Assembly: GCA_002281555.1 (NCBI GenBank)
Contig: NCGJ01000013.1
Location: 23,493 to 87,492, forward strand
DNA from: Hydrogenophilales bacterium 28-61-23
GTDB lineage: Bacteria; Pseudomonadota; Gammaproteobacteria; Burkholderiales; Thiobacillaceae
Direction of reading: 5' to 3'
Length of the DNA: 64,000 nt
A model generated the notes under the pieces. It had not been told where the DNA came from. It did no database searches and saw nothing but the letters and a program-made list of their open reading frames with translations. This document shows, piece by piece, positions 56,697 to 64,000 of the stretch (its first letter is position 1; each line of letters begins with the position of its first letter). The position numbers were made by a program, and so were the translations under genes.

Positions 56697-57428
56697 CTAT
56701 TCGCGCTCCAGAATTGCTTTGGCCCAATCGGTCTGCCGTTCCCGTTCCAGGATGATCCGGCGTACCCGCACCAGAGAGACGGCAATGGTGTAAAGCCAGG
56801 CGGCGATCGCCATTACCAGCATGCCCTGCAACATGATCGCCGCCATGCTGGGCGCCTTCATCAGGTTGATCGACGAACCCTGGTGCAACGTGTTCCACCA
56901 CTTCACGGAAAAATAGATGATCGGCACATTGATCGCGCCGATCAGCGTCAGCAGCGAACCGGCGCGGTCGCCGCGTCTGACGTCATCGATGGCCGCCCAC
57001 AGGGCGATGATGCCGACGTAGAGAAACAGCAGAATCAGTTCCGAGGTCAGGCGCGCGTCCCACACCCACCAGGCGCCCCACATCGGCTTGCCCCACAGCG
57101 CGCCGGTCCACAACGCGATGAAAGTAAACAGCGCGCCGGTCGGCGCCAGCGCGCGCGCCATCATGAACGACAGCCGCGTGTTGAAGGCGAGGCCGATGGC
57201 GCCCCAGAACGCCATGACCAGGTAAATGAACATCGACATCCAGGCGGCGGGGACATGAATAAAAATGATGCGATACGCCTCGCTCTGCTGGAAATCGGTC
57301 GGCGCGAGGAAGAAGCTGATGTACAGCCCCCAGACGGCGAGCAGGCCGGCGCTCCAGGAAAACCAGGGAATCAGCTTGCCGGCGAGGACGTAGAAATTGG
57401 CGGGGGAGGCGTAGGTATAAAGATTCAT
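56697..57428 (-). CDS. ccmC: heme exporter/heme delivery protein CcmC
   Basis: The ORF is 243 aa with the WWD motif WGKPMWGAWWVWDARLTSE. Confidence 0.95.
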   Translation of the reverse strand: MNLYTYASPANFYVLAGKLIPWFSWSAGLLAVWGLYISFFLAPTDFQQSEAYRIIFIHVPAAWMSMFIYLVMAFWGAIGLAFNTRLSFMMARALAPTGALFTFIALWTGALWGKPMWGAWWVWDARLTSELILLFLYVGIIALWAAIDDVRRGDRAGSLLTLIGAINVPIIYFSVKWWNTLHQGSSINLMKAPSMAAIMLQGMLVMAIAAWLYTIAVSLVRVRRIILERERQTDWAKAILERE

Positions 57429-57457
57429 TCCGTGACTATTCGACGATTATTCAATGC

Positions 57458-58126
57458 TTATTCAAGAGACACGCGTAAGGCCGCGGCGGCAATCCAGGGC
57501 GCGATCATAAGTGAGAGCACCATGAATGCGCCTAACAATGACAGGTGCGCTTCGGCTCCAGTTCCCGCCATCACACCATCCACCGCGCCGGCGCCAAAAA
57601 TAAGCGCGGGAATGTAGAGCGGCAGGATCAGCAGCGTCAGCAACACGCCGCCGCCGCGCAAGCCCAGCGTCAGCGCGGCGCCGACGCCGCCGAGCAGGGA
57701 CAGGATGGGTGTGCCCAGCAACAAGGAGATTTCCAGCACCAGTATCGCCTCCCAGCTTAAATTGAACTGAATGCCCAGCACCGGCGCGATCAACAGCAAT
57801 GGAACGCCATAGATCAGCCAGTGCGCCAGGGACTTGCCCAGCACCAGCAACACCGTCGGCTCCGGCGACAGCACCATATGTTCGAGGCTGCCGTCGCGAT
57901 GATCGTCTTCGAACAAACGCGCCAGTGAGAGCAGGGATGCCAGGGTCGCCGCCACCCAGAGCACGCCGGGGCCGATACGCGCCAGCATCTCCGGCTCGGG
58001 GCCGACACCGAGTGGAAACAGGCTGGCGACCATGACGAAGAAGAATTGCGCGATCAGCCAATCGCCGCGACGGCGAGCGGCCAGCGTGAGGTCACGGCGG
58101 AGGACGGCGAGCAGGAAACGATGCAT
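57458..58126 (-). CDS. ccmB: heme exporter permease CcmB
   Basis: The ORF is 222 aa with six TM helices. It sits between ccmA and ccmC. Confidence 0.92.
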   Translation of the reverse strand: MHRFLLAVLRRDLTLAARRRGDWLIAQFFFVMVASLFPLGVGPEPEMLARIGPGVLWVAATLASLLSLARLFEDDHRDGSLEHMVLSPEPTVLLVLGKSLAHWLIYGVPLLLIAPVLGIQFNLSWEAILVLEISLLLGTPILSLLGGVGAALTLGLRGGGVLLTLLILPLYIPALIFGAGAVDGVMAGTGAEAHLSLLGAFMVLSLMIAPWIAAAALRVSLE

Positions 58127-58136
58127 TTTCCGGGCT

Positions 58137-58238
58137 AGGTCTCTCGTTGGGCCGTCCCAAGGGAGGCATGCGCCGCCTCGGGGTGCCGAAGGGTAGGGGC
58201 TTCATCAGGCAGCGAAGGAAGTGAGCGTGCGGGCCGTC
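58137..58238. repeat. ~100-nt intercistronic repeat, copy B (ccmA-ccmB gap)
   Basis: The sequence is ...cccaagggaggc...ccgaagggtaggggcttcatcaggcagcgaaggaagtgagcgtgcgggccgtc. It shares an identical 23-nt core (ccgaagggtaggggcttcatcag) and near-identical flanks with copy A. Confidence 0.8.
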
Positions 58239-58889
58239 TCATACCAACTCGGGAATCGCCACATTGCCGACCAGCAAGCGCTGCACTGATACGCCTTCGA
58301 GATTCAAGGCCTGATGGGTCGTCGCGACGACCATGCCGCCACCGGTCAGATGCTCCCGGATCAGCCCTTCCATCAGCGCGACCGCGTGCACATCGAGGCC
58401 GGTCAAGGGTTCGTCCAATATCCACAAGGCCGCGCCCGCCAGCAACAACGCGGCCAGCGCGACGCGGCGACGCTGGCCGAAAGACAACACGCGACAGGGT
58501 AAATCCAGGCAGCGGTTCAAGCCGAGACGCTCCAGCGTGGCGACGGCGCGCGCCTGATCGAAGGCGCGGCCGTGCAGGCCATCGGCAAAACGCAGGTTTT
58601 CGACTGGATTGAGATCGTCCTTGACGCCATTGGCGTGGCCCAGGTAACACATTTCAGCATGGTAGGCCTCGCCGATACGTCGGATCGACTCGCCACGCCA
58701 GCGAACTTCACCGTCTTCCGGTCGGGCCAGTCCAGTCAGCAAACGCAACAAACTGGTTTTGCCCTGGCCATTGCCGCCTTGCACCAGCAGCAACTGGCCC
58801 TGGCACAAGCTGAAATTCATGCCTTTGAACAGCAGCCGTTCGCCACGGGCGCAGGCAAGGTCATGAACGGAAAGGAGGGCGTCGGGCAT
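58239..58889 (-). CDS. ccmA: heme exporter ATP-binding protein CcmA
   Basis: The ORF is 216 aa with Walker A (GGNGQGKTSLL), an ABC signature (LSFGQRRR) and Walker B (LWILDEP). Confidence 0.93.
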   Translation of the reverse strand: MPDALLSVHDLACARGERLLFKGMNFSLCQGQLLLVQGGNGQGKTSLLRLLTGLARPEDGEVRWRGESIRRIGEAYHAEMCYLGHANGVKDDLNPVENLRFADGLHGRAFDQARAVATLERLGLNRCLDLPCRVLSFGQRRRVALAALLLAGAALWILDEPLTGLDVHAVALMEGLIREHLTGGGMVVATTHQALNLEGVSVQRLLVGNVAIPELV

Positions 58890-59012
58890 GGCGGGGGAAA
58901 TCGGGGGGCGAGCGAGGATACTCGCAAAGCACCGCCGGAGAATACGTCGACGATCAAGAAATCAGCGCTTGCCCGAGCATCTCCGGCTGGCCCGGCGTGC
59001 TCGGGCCAGGTC

Positions 59013-59966
59013 TTACTTCAGGACAAAAGCCACTTTGGCGGAGGCGAGGAAGTTGCTCTTCTGGTCAGCCAGGAAAATGCGCATGACGTCTTCATCGCTG
59101 ACATTCAGATCGGCCATCGTCTTCAGGCCGGTGGCCTTGACCACCATCGGCATTTTCGCGCCACGCGCTTCCAGCGCGGCACGCGCCTTCTCGACGGTGT
59201 TGGTGTATTCGCCCGCGCCTTGCTCGACCAGGATTTTCTGGCTGACTTTGGACGGGTCGTAGAGCGCTTCGCCCTTGCTGGAGAAAATTCGATTGATCAG
59301 CGCGGGTTGAAAGCCGAGTTCACGCGCATCGATGATCAGGCCATCGTGCGGTTCGATCGGCGCGGCCGCTGTGGCCACCGGAGCGGCCGCTGGCGCGGCT
59401 GCGACCGGCATCGGGCTGGGCAGGGTGTACGCGACGGCCTTCAATAAAGCGCGGCCCGGCGCGGCATTGATGTAGTTGTTGTACATGGCTTCAGCGACGC
59501 CATCCGCCCCGCGCACGCCGATCTGCATGAACACCACGGCGGTGCCGTCGACCGGATTCCATTCTTCATGCACTTTGCGCGCGCCCTTGATCAGGCCGCT
59601 GACCGCGGTTTTGACGACTTCGCTCTCGAGCGAGCAGTCGCGCACGGTGGTCTGGCCGGAAACATAGACGCCATTGATGATTTCAGCCAGGCGACGATAG
59701 GCAGTGATTTCCGCCGCGCGGATCGCGGTCAGTTTCTGACGCGCCGGCGAGCCGCCGGCCATCGGCAAACCCTGGCCGACCACCAGAATGTAACCATCGG
59801 TCAGCGCTTCCTGAGGCGAATCGGTCAGATCCAGATTGCGTTTTTCCATCCAGGTTTTGCCCTGATCGAAATCTCCGGACACGATTCGGTCGGCGCTGGC
59901 TGGCGAAATGGCGGAAAGCAGAGAAACAAGCGCGCCGATCACGGCGGATGTCTTAACGGTATTCAT
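59013..59966 (-). CDS. exported LPP20/FlgP-like protein with extra C-terminal domain
   Basis: The ORF is 317 aa with signal peptide MNTVKTSAVIGALVSLLSAISPASA. It contains LVVGQGLPMAGGSPARQKLTAIRAAEITAYRRLAEIINGVYVSGQTTV, which is the LPP20 pattern. A P/A-rich linker leads to a domain beginning GLIIDARELGFQPALINRIFS. Confidence 0.6.
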   Translation of the reverse strand: MNTVKTSAVIGALVSLLSAISPASADRIVSGDFDQGKTWMEKRNLDLTDSPQEALTDGYILVVGQGLPMAGGSPARQKLTAIRAAEITAYRRLAEIINGVYVSGQTTVRDCSLESEVVKTAVSGLIKGARKVHEEWNPVDGTAVVFMQIGVRGADGVAEAMYNNYINAAPGRALLKAVAYTLPSPMPVAAAPAAAPVATAAAPIEPHDGLIIDARELGFQPALINRIFSSKGEALYDPSKVSQKILVEQGAGEYTNTVEKARAALEARGAKMPMVVKATGLKTMADLNVSDEDVMRIFLADQKSNFLASAKVAFVLK

Positions 59967-60194
59967 GGTTCAGGGCCCCAATGCGATAACTGATATTGGT
60001 AAACTGCCAGCAGGTTAAACAATTAACTCAAGCATGGAAAATCTGGCGGGGTGATTTTGCTTCGTTTTGTTTCGGGCGGTGGATCAGATTCACTGCAAAG
60101 GTTATCCAATCTCGTGGGATTGTCGTACATGAATTCTCGAACTCCCGCCGCAAGCGTGGCTGACTTGCATCCGATATTGAGGCATCTCCGGGCT

Positions 60195-62609
60195 ATGTCC
60201 GCTCGATGCCGCCGGAAATTGTCGAGTATTCCAGTCCAGGCCGGCATGGGCGGGCTGCTGTTTTTTACCCTGACCTCGTTTGCCGCGGCCGCGGACGAAG
60301 GTGGCTTCGATTTCATCTCCCCCTCGGCGCCCAAGGGCACGCTATCGCCAGACGCCGCCGCGCGGCCCGCCGAGATGCCGGCGGAATCGCTGCCACGCAC
60401 CATAGCCATACTGCCATTCGAAAATGCCACCGCCGAGCCCGGCATTGCCGAAGAAATTCGGCGCGCTTTTTATAACCAGTTCAGCTCGAAGCCATTCAGC
60501 GACATCGAGCTTTCCGCCATCGATGCCAAGTTGCTGGCGCTGGATCGAGGCGCTCAGCCGGGCTCCGCTGAAAAGGCGATTGCCGATTACCGGCCGTTAT
60601 GTCTATCGCTTGGTTGCGATGGCGTGATTACCGGGCGTGTCGTCGATTACAACAAGATTTATGCCGGCCTGTATTCGCAATTCTCGGTCACCGCTGAAAT
60701 CAATCTGATCAATGCCAACACAGGTGCGCTGGTGCTGACGCGAAAAGAACGCGTGACCTTCCGTGAAGGCGGTTTGAGCCTGTCGCCGATCGGCCTGGCG
60801 ATCGCCGCCATGTCCGCCGCGTTGAACCTGCGCGATATTCAGCGCGTCCGCCTGGTCAGTGAACTCGGCTATGTCATCGCCAAGTCGATTCCCAATCCGA
60901 CCGGTGTCGCCGCCATCAGCGGCCCGCGCATAGAGGGCATGCTGTCAAACGCGTCCGAGTCGCCATTCGGTCTGGGCAAGACGATCAGCGTCGCCATCCA
61001 GGCCGACAGCAACGGTTCGGCCGTATTCGATATCGGCAATTACCGCCGCGCATTGCCGATGATCGAGAAAACGCCGGGCGTTTATGTCGGCGAATATCAG
61101 GTTCAGGATGGCGACGCGGTGCGTCAGGCACCGATAGTCGCCACGCTACGCGGACGCAACGGACTGGTTTCCAGTTGGTATGACACCAGTCTGGTCAACA
61201 TCGACAGTCAGCCGCCAGCTCCGCCAGCCCGACTCAGCGCGCGTTCCCAGCCGGGCAAAGTGTTGTTGCAGTGGGACGCGCTGAGCCAGGTTTCCGATCT
61301 GGCCGGTTATCAGGTTCTGCGCTCCTCGCAGCCTTTGGCCGGGTTCAAGCCGTTGGGCGTGGTCGATACGCCCGGTTTTGTCGATACCGACGCCAGCGAC
61401 GATCAGTACCGCTACTACCGCGTGATCGCGCTCGATCACGCGGGCAATGCTTCCGAGCCGGGCCCGATCGCGCGCGGCCGCGTGCTGAATGAACATGGCA
61501 TGACCTTGAGCGGTCGCATCGACGCGGAGCGCGAACTCGGCGGCAACGTGCACGTTACCGCCGACCTGCTGGTTCCCGCCGGTGTCACGCTGCAACTTGC
61601 GCCGGGTACCCGGATGAGCTTCGCGCCGTCCGTTGTGCTGACCATACAGGGCGGGCTGGTGTCGGACAGCCGCGATGAGGCGGTCGAGTTTGTCGCGCAT
61701 GGCGGCGGGGCGTGGGGCGGCATCAAGGTCGAAGGCGGCAATATCGGCCTGCGCGGCTTCAATCTCTCCGGCGCGACGACCGGCATCCATCTGCAACGCG
61801 GCCAGGGAATACTCGAAGCCGGCCAGATTCAGAAATGCGATACCGGCTTGCTGGTTACCGGAACCGGCAGCGCCAGCGCGCGCGAATTGAAAATCAGCGA
61901 AAACCGCATTGGCGCGCGGCTGGATGCCAGCGATGCCGAACTGACCCAGAACCGCATCGCCAACAACGATATCGGCGTCGAATTGAACAAATTTACCGGT
62001 GTGCTGCGCGACAACGCCATTTTCCAGAACAGGCTGAATCTGCGCGCTGAAGCCGGCACGCTGCTGGAAGCCAACTACTGGGGCAGCCTCGACCCGGCCG
62101 CGCTGCGCATCGAGGGCGGCATCGTCAGCGAAGCGCTGAACCGGCCGGCGCCCGAAGGCAAAACGGTAGCCTTGCGCGTCAGTCCCTGCGCGGGTTTGTC
62201 CGACGAGGCCTGCCAGCAAAAATCGGCCGAAGCCATGATCGAGGGCGGTCGGCTGTTCCGCGCGAAAAATTATGGCCGCGCGCTGACTCAGTTTGAAACC
62301 TCGATTGCCGCCCGGCCCAGCGCCGATGCTTATTACTTCGCGGCGATTTGCCACCAGGAAATGCGGGAAGAAGAACCCGCCTTGATTCGTCTGCGCGAGG
62401 GTATCGCGGCCTTCCCGGCGGACCCTTCTCTGCGCCGGGCGCTTGGCATGCTGTATCTTCAACGCGGCGACGAAACGCTTGCGCGCGAACATCTGCGCGA
62501 GGCGGTGCGACTTTCACCCAACGACCGCCAGGCGGCATTCGTATTGGAACGCTTGGGTGGCACAACGCGTGGCGACAAGTCGAGCGAAAAAACAGGAACT
62601 CAACCATGA
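60195..62609 (+). CDS. large exported multidomain protein: LpoB/CsgG/GNA1162-like domain + Ig-like + FN3 + right-handed beta-helix (PbH1 repeats) + TPR
   Basis: ATG 60195 gives MSARCRRKLSSIPVQAGMGGLLFFTLTSFAAAA; alternative starts are 60051 (GTG) and 60129.
- About 60393-60905: TIAILPFENATAEPGIAEEIRRAFYNQFSS...CDGVITGRVVDY...FSVTAEINLINANTGALV, the LPF-x-N lipoprotein-fold pattern.
- About 61206-61475: an FN3-like stretch (GKVLLQWDA...AGYQVLRS...YRYYRVIALDHAGNASEPG).
- About 61533-62150: beta-helix repeats (ISENRIGARLDASDAELTQNRIANNDIGVELN...).
- About 62223-62555: TPR. Confidence 0.7.
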   Translation: MSARCRRKLSSIPVQAGMGGLLFFTLTSFAAAADEGGFDFISPSAPKGTLSPDAAARPAEMPAESLPRTIAILPFENATAEPGIAEEIRRAFYNQFSSKPFSDIELSAIDAKLLALDRGAQPGSAEKAIADYRPLCLSLGCDGVITGRVVDYNKIYAGLYSQFSVTAEINLINANTGALVLTRKERVTFREGGLSLSPIGLAIAAMSAALNLRDIQRVRLVSELGYVIAKSIPNPTGVAAISGPRIEGMLSNASESPFGLGKTISVAIQADSNGSAVFDIGNYRRALPMIEKTPGVYVGEYQVQDGDAVRQAPIVATLRGRNGLVSSWYDTSLVNIDSQPPAPPARLSARSQPGKVLLQWDALSQVSDLAGYQVLRSSQPLAGFKPLGVVDTPGFVDTDASDDQYRYYRVIALDHAGNASEPGPIARGRVLNEHGMTLSGRIDAERELGGNVHVTADLLVPAGVTLQLAPGTRMSFAPSVVLTIQGGLVSDSRDEAVEFVAHGGGAWGGIKVEGGNIGLRGFNLSGATTGIHLQRGQGILEAGQIQKCDTGLLVTGTGSASARELKISENRIGARLDASDAELTQNRIANNDIGVELNKFTGVLRDNAIFQNRLNLRAEAGTLLEANYWGSLDPAALRIEGGIVSEALNRPAPEGKTVALRVSPCAGLSDEACQQKSAEAMIEGGRLFRAKNYGRALTQFETSIAARPSADAYYFAAICHQEMREEEPALIRLREGIAAFPADPSLRRALGMLYLQRGDETLAREHLREAVRLSPNDRQAAFVLERLGGTTRGDKSSEKTGTQP

Positions 62610-63691
62610 ATCTTTGCGCGTTGCCGAATCCGATGGTTCCAAGATCGCCGGGTCGCGCGATTGCTTCGATACTGCTCGGTCTGGCGTTGTTGTCGCCGCT
62701 GGCGGTCCGCGCGGACGATATCGTGCTGGGTCTGACCAAAGGGGACGTGCAAGTGCTCACGGCGGGGCGCGCGCAACCGGTTCCGGTTCGCAAGGGGCAA
62801 GCGCTGCGTAGCGGCGACCGCGTCTACACCGGTGGCGATGGCTGGACCGTCATGCTGATGCCGGACGGCAGCCGGGTCGTGTTGACGGCCAATTCGGAAT
62901 TCATGGTGCGCTCGCACGACGCAAAACGTCGGAAAGGCACGTTCGCTCTGCTCGGCGGCATGTTGCGCGCCATCATCTCGGCTTCGTCCGTCTCGCCAGC
63001 CAATTACCGTTTCAACACCTTGACCGCTGTCGCCGGCGTGCGTGGCACCGATTTCTCGATGATCAACCGGGGGCAGGCCAACGTTTTCTTCGGCAACAAC
63101 GGCAAGGTCGAGGTGCAAGGACTCAATACCGCCATTCGCCCACTGACCGCGGCTACCGTGGTGCAAACCACGCGAGGCGAACTGCCGACGCAGCCTATTT
63201 CCGTTGAGCCGAATTCCCGCCTGGCGGAAGCACAGACGCTGCTCAACGCGGTCACCGAGCAAGCGCCGGCCTCCTGGGTCGAGGCGGGAAAATTGCCTGA
63301 AATTGTCGCGCGCTGGAATATCACCTATAGCCGCTACCTGGCCGATGCCGGTCGCCATGACGAGGCGCTGCATGTTTTGCAGGTGGCTTTGGATTTGACC
63401 GACGCGGTGGAAATTCAGGTCGATGCGCGCCTTGAGCGCGGTGCCGTCTTGAGTCGGGACCCGGGCGGCGCCAATGCGGCCTTGAAAGAATATGAAAAAG
63501 TGCTCGATAGCCCGGTCGTGGGGCCGCAGCGTGAGACCGCGCTGTACATGATGGGGATGGGGTATTTTCAACTCAAGCAACCCGTCGAGGCGCAATCTCG
63601 TCTGCGCCAGTATCTGAGCGACTATCCGGAAGGGCGCTACAAGGAACGGGTCGAGACCTTGCTGCGCACCATCAAAGGTGTTGCGCCTTGA
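62606..63691 (+). CDS. FecR-domain exported protein with C-terminal TPR/YbgF-like region
   Basis: ATG 62606 overlaps the upstream stop as ATGA. It has a signal peptide (AIASILLGLALLSPLAVRA) and the FecR pattern (GDVQVLTAG...GDRVYTGGDGWTVMLMPDGSRVVLTANS...LTAVAGVRGTDFSM). TPR-like helices form the C-terminus. Confidence 0.75.
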   Translation: MNLCALPNPMVPRSPGRAIASILLGLALLSPLAVRADDIVLGLTKGDVQVLTAGRAQPVPVRKGQALRSGDRVYTGGDGWTVMLMPDGSRVVLTANSEFMVRSHDAKRRKGTFALLGGMLRAIISASSVSPANYRFNTLTAVAGVRGTDFSMINRGQANVFFGNNGKVEVQGLNTAIRPLTAATVVQTTRGELPTQPISVEPNSRLAEAQTLLNAVTEQAPASWVEAGKLPEIVARWNITYSRYLADAGRHDEALHVLQVALDLTDAVEIQVDARLERGAVLSRDPGGANAALKEYEKVLDSPVVGPQRETALYMMGMGYFQLKQPVEAQSRLRQYLSDYPEGRYKERVETLLRTIKGVAP

Positions 63692-63783
63692 TCGATTCCA
63701 CTACGCACGATGACCACCTCATACGCTTATCTAAACTCGGCTCATCAACATCAGCCGCGCGGTTGAATTTCCTTGGAGTGACC

Positions 63784-64000
63784 ATGCGTTATCTATTTCC
63801 CGCCAGCTTGCTTTGCATTTTTGCCTGGTCTGGAGCGGCCCAATGCGCCCCGGATGCGAAAGAGCAGCCTTTTCTCACCGAGGCGGAAGGCAGCGCCTGC
63901 ATGGGCGACGACAAATCCCGCAAACACACTGAAGAAGTGGCCCGGGATGAGGCCAAGCGCCGCGCCGCCGAACAGGCCGCGACGCAAGTCCGGGCGCAGA
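63784..64000 (+). CDS. exported protein, N-terminal fragment (runs off right edge), LPP20-like start
   Basis: It is not in the track because it has no stop in the window. GGAG lies 5 nt before ATG 63784. The translation is MRYLFPASLLCIFAWSGAAQCAPDAKEQPFLTEAEGSACMGDDKSRKHTEEVARDEAKRRAAEQAATQVRAQ... Confidence 0.45.
   Translation, partial: MRYLFPASLLCIFAWSGAAQCAPDAKEQPFLTEAEGSACMGDDKSRKHTEEVARDEAKRRAAEQAATQVRAQ

Noticed and set aside
61146-62492. 448-aa minus-strand ORF (with similar ones at 62600..63595 and 59568..59993)
   Set aside because: They are antisense to the well-structured FN3/beta-helix/TPR and FecR genes and have the same mirror composition.

Overview
This is a GC-rich, densely coding proteobacterial chromosome segment (beta/gamma-like by gene content; the taxon cannot be fixed without a search). 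Most of it is housekeeping. It carries polA, hemE, dut-coaBC, glgP, lysC, pdxA-rsmA, ppc and two tRNAs (Arg-ACG, Ser-GCU). It also carries a complete cbb3 oxidase locus (ccoI-ccoS, ccoNOQP, ccoG-fixH) with an FNR-type box, and a complete System I cytochrome c maturation operon (ccmABCDEFGHI). I saw no rRNA, CRISPR array, transposase, integrase or phage genes.

Two regions are not ordinary:
- (i) 9.8-21.6 kb is a 12-gene co-directional cluster of exported proteins and lipoproteins. It contains an LpoB-like protein, a COG3014-like TPR lipoprotein, several LPP20/FlgP-like proteins, a CsgG/LpoB-fold lipoprotein, a proline-rich transglutaminase-like protein and a small Cys-rich secreted protein. 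A FecR-domain protein plus a CHASE2 adenylate/guanylate cyclase are embedded in the middle.
- (ii) 59.0-64.0 kb, cut by the window edge, re-uses the same domain vocabulary. It has LPP20-like proteins, a FecR-TPR protein and an 800+ aa fusion of an LpoB/GNA1162-like domain, FN3, a beta-helix and TPR.

I consider these the best candidates for an undescribed envelope scaffold/signalling system.

Smaller oddities:
- The polA interdomain linker is encoded by a palindromic repeat element.
- A ~100-nt repeat sits in two intercistronic gaps of the ccm operon.
- An 11-nt x3 repeat sits on the polA stop codon.
- An MCP next to the cbb3 locus has a CxxCH (heme c) periplasmic sensor.

CDS ends come from the supplied ORF track. 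Many starts were re-picked by counting residues to an internal ATG with a better signal peptide, RBS or family N-terminus. All family assignments are by eye from motifs, not from searches.
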